From Candidatus Marinacidobacterium sp. (GTDB lineage Bacteria; Acidobacteriota; Vicinamibacteria; Marinacidobacterales; Marinacidobacteraceae), in the NCBI GenBank assembly GCA_965204755.1, contig OZ242011.1:3008001-3072000 (forward strand): a stretch of 64,000 nt of DNA. The letters are read 5' to 3'. Every line of letters begins with the position of its first letter. Positions within the stretch are counted from its first letter, which is position 1. The position numbers and the translations under genes were made by a program. Positions 10,949 through 19,234 of the stretch are shown here, one piece after another. The notes under the pieces were generated by a model. The model saw nothing but the letters and a program-made list of their open reading frames with translations, made no database searches and was not told the DNA's origin.

Positions 10949-11017
10949 CCGGCGGGGGAGGCTACCGGTTTTCCCCGGTCCCGACGCCGCGGATTCCCGG
11001 AGTCCCCGCCGGCGCTC
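10923..11017. repeat. 24-bp direct repeat pair TTCCCGGAGTCCCCGCCGGCGCTC
   Basis: Identical copies at 10923-10946 and 10994-11017. Confidence 0.85.
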
Positions 11018-11070
11018 TCCGGTAACCTCCCCGCCGCCCCCGGCGGCGCCCACCCGACAGGAAACACGCG

Positions 11071-11610
11071 ATGGTCCTCGGCCTGCTGACCGTGCACCTG
11101 CTCGGCGCGGCGGCGTTCGGGTTCACCTGCTTCGGCGTCTTCGACTCCGGGTCCTTCGCCGTCCACATCTGGGCCGGGCTCATCTCGGTGATGCTGGTGC
11201 TCTTCGCCCACACCATGAGTTACATGTACCTGGTGGCGATGACGAGCACCATGCGGAAGGCGCTCGCCGGGGAGAACGGGCCGCGGGCGTTCGAGGGCGA
11301 CCCGCGCGGCCCGGAGTTCCTCGCCCGGAGCCGCCGGCTGAAGGCCTCCGCGGCGCCGTGGGCGATGGGTGGCATGTTGCTGCCGATGGTGGCCTTCATC
11401 CTCGGCGGCGGCGCCCACACCCGGGCGTTCCCGGCGGTGATCCACTCCGGTTTCGGCTACGCGGTCTTCGCCTTCCTCCTCGGCGCGCTGGTCGTCGTGG
11501 GGCTGGCGCTCCTCCGCCAGAACCGGCTGGTCGAGGCGTTCGGGCTCGCCGCCGCCGAGCCGGAGTCTTCGGGGGAGGCCGGACGCCCGCTCCCCGAGCC
11601 CTCCGCCTGA
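11071..11610 (+). CDS. Hypothetical membrane protein (about 4 TM, several His)
   Basis: Four hydrophobic segments; first gene of a + strand run. Confidence 0.65.
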   Translation: MVLGLLTVHLLGAAAFGFTCFGVFDSGSFAVHIWAGLISVMLVLFAHTMSYMYLVAMTSTMRKALAGENGPRAFEGDPRGPEFLARSRRLKASAAPWAMGGMLLPMVAFILGGGAHTRAFPAVIHSGFGYAVFAFLLGALVVVGLALLRQNRLVEAFGLAAAEPESSGEAGRPLPEPSA

Positions 11611-11631
11611 AAGGCCGGGCGGGCGGCCCCG

Positions 11632-12567
11632 TTGGTACGATCCGACTCCCTCCCGATGCGCTCCCCGGACGACCGCCGGCGCCGGCCCCGGATCAACGGC
11701 CGGCTCGCGCTCGCGCTCACGGCCGGCGGCTTCGCCGCTCTTCCGGCGAACGCCCAGCGCGTGTCCGCGCCCGAGGACGCGGGCATCGGCCCGGACACGG
11801 TGTTCGTCGAGGAACTCACCTGGACGGAGGTCGCCGCGCGCGTCCGCGCCGGGACCCGGTCGGTGATCGTCCCCACCGGCGGGACCGAGCAGAACGGCCC
11901 GCACATGGTCCTCGGGAAGCACAACTTCATCATCCGCGCCGCCTCGGAACGGATCGCCCGGGAACTCGGGGACACCCTGGTGGCGCCGGTGATCGCCTAT
12001 GTCCCCGAGGGCGGCCTCGACCCGCCGACCGGCCACATGCGCTACGCCGGCGCGATCACGCTGCCGGAGGAGCCGTTCCGGGCGCTGCTCGAGTACGCCG
12101 CCCGCAGTTTCCGGGTCCACGGTTTCGAGAATGTGATCTTCATCGGCGACAGCGGCGGCAACCAGCGCGGCATGGCGGCGGTGGCCGAGGCCCTGAACGC
12201 CGAGTGGGGGGCCGCCGGCTCGCCGGCCCGCGTCCTCTACATCGAGGAGTACTACCGGGCGAACGGCTTCCGGGAGTACCTGGCGGAGCAGGGGCTCGAC
12301 GAGGAGACGATCGGGCGCCACGCCGGCGTCAGCGACACCTCGCAACTGTGGTTCGTCGCGCCGGAGATGATCCGGCCGGAGGCCCGCGTTCCGAACGGCG
12401 GCTTCGAGGGCAGCGGCGTCAGCGGCGACCCGACGCTGGCGTCCCCGGAGTTCGGCGAACAGGGCCTCCGGCTGAAGGTGGAGACCACCGTGCGCCGGGT
12501 GCGGGAACTCGTCGAGGAACTTCGCCGGGAACGCGCCGGTTCCGGCTCGCCGGACTCCTCCCGCTGA
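11632..12567 (+). CDS. Creatininase-family amidohydrolase (possibly exported)
   Basis: EELTWTE, PTGGTEQNGPHM, GDSGGN, HAGVSDTS; N-terminal signal-like segment. Confidence 0.85.
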   Translation: MVRSDSLPMRSPDDRRRRPRINGRLALALTAGGFAALPANAQRVSAPEDAGIGPDTVFVEELTWTEVAARVRAGTRSVIVPTGGTEQNGPHMVLGKHNFIIRAASERIARELGDTLVAPVIAYVPEGGLDPPTGHMRYAGAITLPEEPFRALLEYAARSFRVHGFENVIFIGDSGGNQRGMAAVAEALNAEWGAAGSPARVLYIEEYYRANGFREYLAEQGLDEETIGRHAGVSDTSQLWFVAPEMIRPEARVPNGGFEGSGVSGDPTLASPEFGEQGLRLKVETTVRRVRELVEELRRERAGSGSPDSSR

Positions 12568-12616
12568 TGCCGGCCGCCGCGCCGGGCCCCCGCCCGGCCG
12601 GCGGCGTCCGCGCCGG

Positions 12617-13795
12617 ATGATCCTCCCTTCGCAGCGCTCCCGGTTCGACCTGCCGCGGGAAGTGGCGTGGTTGAACTGCGCCTACATGTCGCCGCTGATG
12701 GATACGGTGGTGGCCGCCGGCGAGGCGGCGCTCCGCCGGAAGGCGCGCCCCTGGGAGATCGGGACCGACGACTTCTTCGACGACTCCGAGGAACTGCGGT
12801 CCGCCTGGGCCGCGATCCTCGGGGCGGGTCCGGAGCAAGTCGCGCTGACGACTTCCGCGAGTTACGGCCTCTCGCTCGCCGCCGCCGCCGTGGAAGTCCC
12901 TCCCGGCGGGCGGATCCTGCTCGCCGCCGAGCAGTTCCCGTCGAATGTCTATCCGTGGACCGAGAAGGCCCGCCGCAGCGGCGGCGAAGCGGTGTTCGTT
13001 CCCCGCCCCGAGGACGGCGACTGGACGCGCGCGGCGCTCGGTCTTCTGGACGAGCGGGTGGCGGTCGTCGCCCTCCCGCAGGTGCACTGGACCGACGGCG
13101 GGCTCTTCGACCTGGAGCGGATCGGCGCGGCGGCCCGCGAAGTCGGCGCGGCGCTCGTGGTGGACCTCACCCAGTCCCTCGGAGCGCTGCCGTTCGACGC
13201 CGGGCGCGTCCGCCCGGACTTCGCCGCCGGCGCCGCCTACAAGTGGCTGCTCGGCCCCTACTCGCTCGGCTACCTCTGCTTCGCCCCCGACCGCCTCGAC
13301 GCGGCGCCGCTGGAATACAACTGGATCCAGCGCGCGAACGCCCGGGACTTCGCCCGGCTGGTGGACTACACGGAGGATCCCCAACCCGGCGCCCGCCGGC
13401 ACGACGCCGGCGAGCGGTCGAACTTCGCCCTCGTCCCGGCGGCGCTGGCCGCCGCCCGGCAACTCCTCGAATGGGGTCCGGAGAACATCGCGGAGACCCT
13501 CGCGCCGCTCACTCGGCGGCTGGCCGCCGACGCCGCCGGGTTCGGGCTCGCTGCGCTTCCCGAAAATCTGCGGGCGCCCCACTACCTCGCGCTTTCGCTG
13601 CCGGACTCCCTCGGGGCCGGAGCGGGAACCGAACGGGCGACGCGGGTGGGGCGCGCGCTGGCCCGGCGGCGCGTCTTCGTGAGCGTCCGAGGCTCGGCCC
13701 TCCGGATCACGCCGCACCTCTACAACGACGAGGCCGACCTCGACGCGTTCGCTTCGGCGCTTTCGGAAGCGGCGGCGCCGTCCGCCGCGGTATGA
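12617..13795 (+). CDS. Class V PLP-dependent aminotransferase (cysteine desulfurase/kynureninase-like)
   Basis: LNCAYMSP, EQFPSN, VDLTQSLG, AYKWLLGP (PLP lysine), LRITPHLYN. Confidence 0.85.
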   Translation: MILPSQRSRFDLPREVAWLNCAYMSPLMDTVVAAGEAALRRKARPWEIGTDDFFDDSEELRSAWAAILGAGPEQVALTTSASYGLSLAAAAVEVPPGGRILLAAEQFPSNVYPWTEKARRSGGEAVFVPRPEDGDWTRAALGLLDERVAVVALPQVHWTDGGLFDLERIGAAAREVGAALVVDLTQSLGALPFDAGRVRPDFAAGAAYKWLLGPYSLGYLCFAPDRLDAAPLEYNWIQRANARDFARLVDYTEDPQPGARRHDAGERSNFALVPAALAAARQLLEWGPENIAETLAPLTRRLAADAAGFGLAALPENLRAPHYLALSLPDSLGAGAGTERATRVGRALARRRVFVSVRGSALRITPHLYNDEADLDAFASALSEAAAPSAAV

Positions 13796-13805
13796 CCGCC
13801 GGCCG

Positions 13806-14672
13806 GTGAAGGCTTACCTCGACGCCGCGCGCCGGGTTCTCGACACCGGGGTCCGGAAGCCGAACCGCACCGGGGTGGACACCCTCTCGGTCTTCAACCT
13901 GAACTACGAGGTATCCCTCGCCGACGGTTTCCCGCTGCTTACGACCAAGAAGATCAGTTGGAAGAACATCGTCATCGAAAACCTCTGGTTCCTCTCCGGC
14001 GAACCCTCGATCGCCCTGTTGAAGAAACACGGCTGCCGGTTCTGGGATCCCTGGGCGGACGAAGAGGGTTTCGTGCCGAGCGCGTACGGCCACTTCTGGC
14101 GGCGCTTTCCCGGTTCCGCGGGGCCTTCCGACCAGGTCCGCTGGGTGCTCGACGAGTTGGAGCGCAACCCGATGTCCCGCCGGCTGGTGGTGAGCGCCTG
14201 GGCGCCGGAGAACGCCCGGTCGAGCGGACTTCCCCCCTGCCACTTCGCGTTCGTCCTGAACGCCAGGGACGGCGCCGACGGCGTCCGCCGGCTCGACCTC
14301 CACCTCACCCAGCGCAGTTGCGATGTCGCGCTCGGCCTCCCCTACAACATCGCCGGCTACTCGCTGCTGCTGCACCTGTTCGCCGCCTGGGCCGGGCTCG
14401 AGCCGGGGACGATGGCTTCGACGCTGGTGGACGCCCATGTCTATACCGACAAGCCCGACGGCTCCATGCCGGAATACGACCATGCGCCCGGACTCCGGCG
14501 GCAACTCCGCCGGGCGCCGCGTCCGCTGCCCCGGCTGCACCTGTCCGAGCGGGTGCGGTCGCTCGACGGGACGCTCTCGCTGCTCGACGAGGGCACCGAC
14601 GAAATCCTCTCCCACTTCCGACTGGAGGGGTACGACCCGCACCCCGCCATCCGCTTCGCGGTGGCCGTATGA
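13806..14672 (+). CDS. thyA: Thymidylate synthase
   Basis: NRTGVDT, FPLLTTKK, LPPCH (catalytic Cys), QRSCD, DAHVY. Confidence 0.96.
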   Translation: MKAYLDAARRVLDTGVRKPNRTGVDTLSVFNLNYEVSLADGFPLLTTKKISWKNIVIENLWFLSGEPSIALLKKHGCRFWDPWADEEGFVPSAYGHFWRRFPGSAGPSDQVRWVLDELERNPMSRRLVVSAWAPENARSSGLPPCHFAFVLNARDGADGVRRLDLHLTQRSCDVALGLPYNIAGYSLLLHLFAAWAGLEPGTMASTLVDAHVYTDKPDGSMPEYDHAPGLRRQLRRAPRPLPRLHLSERVRSLDGTLSLLDEGTDEILSHFRLEGYDPHPAIRFAVAV

Positions 14673-15229
14673 GCGCCGGCGCCCCGGACCCGCTCCGGGC
14701 GGCGCGGCTCGACCCCGACGCGCTGCCGCCGTCCCCGTTCCGGGCCAGCATGGCGGCGGTTTCGCCGGAGGGGATCATCGGGGTGGGCGGCGGGATCCCC
14801 TGGGACTACCCGGCGGACCGGCGGCGTTTGTGGCGGCTGACCCGCGGCCGGACCATCGTGCTGGGCCGGCTCACCTGGCTCTCGCTCCCCCGGCGGCCGA
14901 TGCGCGGACGCCGGAACCTGGTCATCGCGTCCCGGCCGGTCGAGGGCGCCGAGACCTTCGGTTCGGTCCGGGCGGCGCTCGAGACCTGCGCCGGGGAGGA
15001 TGTGTGGTTCCTCGGCGGGACCCGCGTCTATGCCGAGGCGATGGACTACGCCGACTTTCTCGATCTCACCGAGATCCCGGACCGGATCCGTCCGGCGCCG
15101 GGGAGTTCGGTGGCTCGATTCCCCCCGATTGATCCGGCCCGCTGGGAGGCGGGGCCGGCCAAACCCGACCCGGACGAACCGGGCGTGCTGCGCCGGCGCC
15201 AGGTCCGGCGCGAAGGAGTACCGCGATGA
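14669..15229 (+). CDS. folA: Dihydrofolate reductase
   Basis: ATG overlaps the thyA stop; GIIG..GGIPW.YPAD, GRLTW.SL, GRRNLV, GGTRVY. Confidence 0.9.
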   Translation: MSAGAPDPLRAARLDPDALPPSPFRASMAAVSPEGIIGVGGGIPWDYPADRRRLWRLTRGRTIVLGRLTWLSLPRRPMRGRRNLVIASRPVEGAETFGSVRAALETCAGEDVWFLGGTRVYAEAMDYADFLDLTEIPDRIRPAPGSSVARFPPIDPARWEAGPAKPDPDEPGVLRRRQVRREGVPR

Positions 15230-15627
15230 GCGATTCCGCGACTGCCCCGCAGTTGATCACCGGCGAAGGCCTGCCGAAACCGGCCGGCCCCTACAGCCCC
15301 GCCGCCCGGGTCGGGGACCTGGTCTTCGTCTCCGGCCAGGTGGGCGTGGACCCGGCCACCGGGAAAACCCCGGAGGGCGTGGCCGCCCAGACCGAGCAGG
15401 CGCTCCGGAATGTGGCGGCGATCCTCGAAGCGGCCGGGTCGAGCCTCGACCGGGTGGCGCGTTGCGGCGTCTTCGTGGACGACATGACCCGCTTCGCCGA
15501 GATGAACGAGGCCTATGTCCGCATGTTCGGCGGCCACCGCCCGGCGCGGACGACGATCGAGCCGCGGAGCCTCCCCGGCTCCGGCTTCCTCGTCGAGATC
15601 GACGCGATCGCCGTCGCCGGTTCCTGA
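15226..15627 (+). CDS. RidA/YjgF-family enamine deaminase
   Basis: GPYSPA, VFVSGQ, MNEAY, RPARTT, LVEIDAIA. Confidence 0.9.
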   Translation: MSDSATAPQLITGEGLPKPAGPYSPAARVGDLVFVSGQVGVDPATGKTPEGVAAQTEQALRNVAAILEAAGSSLDRVARCGVFVDDMTRFAEMNEAYVRMFGGHRPARTTIEPRSLPGSGFLVEIDAIAVAGS

Positions 15628-15678
15628 ACCGCGCCGGGGGCCTCTTCGCGGAGGCCCCTGCGTTCGCGGACTCGGCGT

Positions 15679-17271
15679 TTACGGGTCGGCGCCCGGCGGC
15701 CCCGCTGTCGCGACCGGTTTCAGGGTCAGCGGGTCGCGTTCCGGCAGGTGGGTGACCCGGCCGCCGAGCAGGTCGGCGATCTTCGCCCGGCCTTCCGGGT
15801 CCCCGCCTTCGATGTCCGAGAAGACGCCCACCACCAGCATGACCAGCCGCTCGGGGTCGAGGTACTTCGCCGCGGCCGCGCGGACATCCTCGGCGGTGAC
15901 CGCTTCGACCTGCTCGCGCCAGCGGATCCAGTAGGTATGGGCGCGGCCCAGGAAGGCGTCGTTCGCGAAGATGGAGGCGCGCGCCTGGGCGCTCTCGAAC
16001 CGGCGCGGGAAACTGTCGGTGAGCGACCGCTTGGCGAGTTCGAGTTCCTCTTCGGAGACCGGCTCTTCGCGGATGCGGGCCACCTCCTCGAGCGCGATGG
16101 ACGCCGCGAGCGCCACGGTCTCGCTCTTCGACTGGTAGCCGAGCACATAACTCCCGGGGCCCAGCGGGTTGAACCGGAACCGGCCGCCGGCGCCGTAGGC
16201 CAGCCCTTCGTCGGAACGGATCCGCTGCATGAGCCGGGAAGTGAACCCGCTCGCGCCCAGGATGTGGTCCATGACCTGGATGGCGGCGCGCTCCGGGTTG
16301 TCCCAGTCGTCCCATCTCGGCGCCGGGTGGCCGATGCGCACCTTCCCCTGCGGGATGTCCTTCTCCAGGTGGTAGATGCCCGGAGTCGGTTCGGCCGGTT
16401 CTCCTTCCGGCGGCCAGGGGACGGCGGCGGCTTCCTCGGCTGACGGCCAGTCCGCGAGCCGGCGCTCGAGTTCCGCGAGGATGGCCGCGGTATCTATGTC
16501 GCCGGAGACGGCGAACACCATGTGCTCGGGCCGCCAGTAGCGGCGGTGGAAGGCGCGGAGGTCGTCGGGAGTGATCCCGTCGAGGTGGGCCTTCGTCATG
16601 CGCCGCCCGAGGTAGTGGTCTTCGCCGTGGAGCAGCATCGCCCATTCCCGGTTCAGCAGGTCGTCCGCGTCGTCGTTCCGCTGCCGGAGGTCTTCCAGCA
16701 CATTGCGCTTGCGAATGGCGAACCGCTCGGCGTCGAAGCGGGGCGACCTCAGGAGATCGAAGAAGAGGTCGAGGCCCTCTTCGAACACCGGGGTGATCGT
16801 CCGGAGCGACGCCCGCGCCTCCGTGTCGCTCGACGAAGCGGAGAGGGACGCGGCCAGGTATTCGACCCGTTCGTCGAACTCTTCCGGCGCGCGCTCGCCG
16901 GCGCCGCCGTCCCGCATCATCGCCGCGGTGAGCGACGCCAGGCCGATCCGGTCCGCCGGGTCGAGGAAGTTCCCGATGCGCAGGCTGACGGAGAGCCGGA
17001 TGAGCGGCAGCGCGCGGTCCTCGACCACGACCACCGGGATGCCGCCGGGGAGTTCGTGGCGGTAGTCGTTTCCGTCCGGCGTCTCGAAGACGAAGTCCGG
17101 AAAGACGAGTTCCTCCGGCCGATCCGGAATGGCCGGAAGGTCCTGCGCGGCGGCCGCGCCGCCGGCGGCGAACAGGAGACCGAGCGCGGCCGCCGGGAAG
17201 CCGGCGAACGGGGACGATCGCCGGGGAGCGTTCTCCCGACCGGCGTCCACGGTGGTTCTCGCGTCGTTCAT
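15679..17271 (-). CDS. M16 peptidase, non-catalytic subunit
   Basis: M16 motifs (GLASLTAAM, SRLMQRIRSDEGLAY) but no HxxEH; ATG at 17271 overlaps the partner's stop. Confidence 0.85.
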   Translation of the reverse strand: MNDARTTVDAGRENAPRRSSPFAGFPAAALGLLFAAGGAAAAQDLPAIPDRPEELVFPDFVFETPDGNDYRHELPGGIPVVVVEDRALPLIRLSVSLRIGNFLDPADRIGLASLTAAMMRDGGAGERAPEEFDERVEYLAASLSASSSDTEARASLRTITPVFEEGLDLFFDLLRSPRFDAERFAIRKRNVLEDLRQRNDDADDLLNREWAMLLHGEDHYLGRRMTKAHLDGITPDDLRAFHRRYWRPEHMVFAVSGDIDTAAILAELERRLADWPSAEEAAAVPWPPEGEPAEPTPGIYHLEKDIPQGKVRIGHPAPRWDDWDNPERAAIQVMDHILGASGFTSRLMQRIRSDEGLAYGAGGRFRFNPLGPGSYVLGYQSKSETVALAASIALEEVARIREEPVSEEELELAKRSLTDSFPRRFESAQARASIFANDAFLGRAHTYWIRWREQVEAVTAEDVRAAAAKYLDPERLVMLVVGVFSDIEGGDPEGRAKIADLLGGRVTHLPERDPLTLKPVATAGPPGADP

Positions 17272-19073
17272 TCGGCTCCTCCCTTCGAGTCGAAGTCGTC
17301 CGGTTCGAGTTCCGCGAGGCGGGCGCGGATCGCGTTCTCCACGAACGCCAGGGCGCCTTGCATCTCCGGGGGCGCCTGCGCCCGCATCGCCGCGAACTGC
17401 TCGAGGCCCTGCCGGAGCGCGTCCGCGTCGTCCGACGCCCGGATCTCCCGCAGTTGCGCCATCACCTGGTTTCGCACCGGCGGAGGGAGGTCGGCGAGTT
17501 CCGCCGGGACCTCTTCCGCCGGGGCGTCGGCGTCGCGGGTGTAGTAAGCGACCGCGCGGTTCGTCGGCGTGAGGTACTGCGCCGCCACCCGCTTGATGTC
17601 CGCTTCGGTCACCGCCAGCGTCGCGTCGGCCCAGGTATCGATGTACCGCCAGTCGCCGAGCGTGTCGTACACCAGCAGTTGGAGGAGCAGGAAGAAGCCG
17701 CTGTCCAGCCGCTCCCAGGCGCTGGCCGAGGCCTGGTTCTTCACCTTCTGGATCTCGTCCGCCGGGATCGGTTCCTCGACCAGCCGGGCGATTTCCCGGT
17801 CGATGGCCGCCGCCAGTTCCGCCGGCGTCGTTTCCCCCTTCGCTTCCGCGGAGACCTGGAGCAGGCCGGCCCACTTCCGGTTGTCGTGGAACGCCCCGGC
17901 CGAACTCGCGATCTCGTCGCCCAGCACCATGCTCCGGTAGAGCCTCCCGGTGCGCCCGTTGAGGAGTCCGGTCAACACATCGAGCGCGTACTGGTCCCGG
18001 TGCCGGAACGGGACCGTGTGGTAGCGGAGTTTCACCTGCGGCTGGCAGTCGCAGGAGGCGTCGAGCCGCTTCTCCGCGTTCTGCTCCATCTCGAGCGTCA
18101 CCACTTCCGGCGCCGCTTCTCCGGGTTTCAGCCGTCCGAAGTAGCGCTCGGCCAACTCCTTCGCCTGCGCGGGGTCGAAGTTGCCCACGAGCGCCGCGGT
18201 GAGGTTGCCCGGCGAGTAGTAGGTCGCGTAGAACTCCTCGGCCTGCTCCAGCGTGAACACGCGGAGATCGGAAGGCCAACCGATGACCGGCCAGGAATAG
18301 GGATGCGACTGCCAGAACATCGCGTCGAAGGCTTCGTCGAACTCGCCGGTGGGCGTGGACTCCGTGCGGAGCCGCCGTTCCTCGTGCACCACATCCCGCT
18401 CCGTGTAGAACTCGCGGAACACCGGGCGCAGCAGCCGCTCCGATTCCATCCAGAACCACAACTCGAGCCGGTTCTGCGGCACGGTGATGAAGTACACGGT
18501 CTGGTCGTTCGAGGTGAACGCGTTCATGCCCGAAGCCCCGGCTTCGGTGTAGATGCGGTCGAACTCGTCCTTGACCATGAGCGAGCGCTGCTCTTCGGCC
18601 AGCGAGTCGAACTCTTCCAGCAGCGCGGTGAGTTCTTCCGGCAGGTCGTCGGTCCCGAAGGGGTCGCCGATCAGGCCCAGCCGGCTCTCTTCCCGCCGCT
18701 TCCGGTAGATCTCCCGGATCCGTTCCTGGATCTCCTCCTGCTCCCGGATGATCGCTTCGTCCCGCTCCGCGTCGGTGGTCCCGATCCGGGGCGTCCCCTT
18801 GAACATCATGTGTTCGAAGAAGTGGCTCATCCCGGTGATCCCCGGGCGCTCGTTCGCCGACCCCACATGCGCCGCCCAGCCGGCGGACACGGTGGTCATC
18901 TCCGGCCGGACCACGGCGAGGAACCGCATCCCGTTGTCGAGGGTGAACTCCTCCACCGGAACGCTCGCCTGCGCCCCGGCGGGCGCCGGCGCGGCGAAGA
19001 ACCCCGCCCCGGAGAGCGCGAACGCGGGAAAAAGTGCGCCGGCGGCGGCCCGCCGGAAACCGCGAAAACTCAT
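17268..19073 (-). CDS. M16 (pitrilysin-family) zinc peptidase, catalytic subunit
   Basis: Signal peptide; GMSHFFEHMMFKGT (HxxEH), NAFTS. Confidence 0.92.
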   Translation of the reverse strand: MSFRGFRRAAAGALFPAFALSGAGFFAAPAPAGAQASVPVEEFTLDNGMRFLAVVRPEMTTVSAGWAAHVGSANERPGITGMSHFFEHMMFKGTPRIGTTDAERDEAIIREQEEIQERIREIYRKRREESRLGLIGDPFGTDDLPEELTALLEEFDSLAEEQRSLMVKDEFDRIYTEAGASGMNAFTSNDQTVYFITVPQNRLELWFWMESERLLRPVFREFYTERDVVHEERRLRTESTPTGEFDEAFDAMFWQSHPYSWPVIGWPSDLRVFTLEQAEEFYATYYSPGNLTAALVGNFDPAQAKELAERYFGRLKPGEAAPEVVTLEMEQNAEKRLDASCDCQPQVKLRYHTVPFRHRDQYALDVLTGLLNGRTGRLYRSMVLGDEIASSAGAFHDNRKWAGLLQVSAEAKGETTPAELAAAIDREIARLVEEPIPADEIQKVKNQASASAWERLDSGFFLLLQLLVYDTLGDWRYIDTWADATLAVTEADIKRVAAQYLTPTNRAVAYYTRDADAPAEEVPAELADLPPPVRNQVMAQLREIRASDDADALRQGLEQFAAMRAQAPPEMQGALAFVENAIRARLAELEPDDFDSKGGAE

Positions 19074-19079
19074 CTCGAA

Positions 19080-19085
19080 ATGCTA
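19080..19085 (-). promoter_or_regulatory. Putative -10 box (TAGCAT), 6 nt before the M16 ATG (leaderless type)
   Basis: Minus strand reads gggcTAGCATttcgagATG; no Shine-Dalgarno. Confidence 0.4.
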
Positions 19086-19144
19086 GCCCGCGCGCGCCCG
19101 CGGCCCCGTTCGCGGTTCGGCGAACGGCGGGAAAACCGTTCGGC

Positions 19145-19153
19145 TGCTACAAT
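19145..19153 (+). promoter_or_regulatory. Putative extended -10 promoter TGCTACAAT for ggt
   Basis: TGn+TACAAT in the divergent intergenic region. Confidence 0.5.
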
Positions 19154-19234
19154 TTCGCGTTTCCGCGGCGTCCCTCCGGGGGCCGACCCAGGTCGCGTCC
19201 GGGCGGAGGGGGCCAGAGCGAGAGGTAGCGGCAC

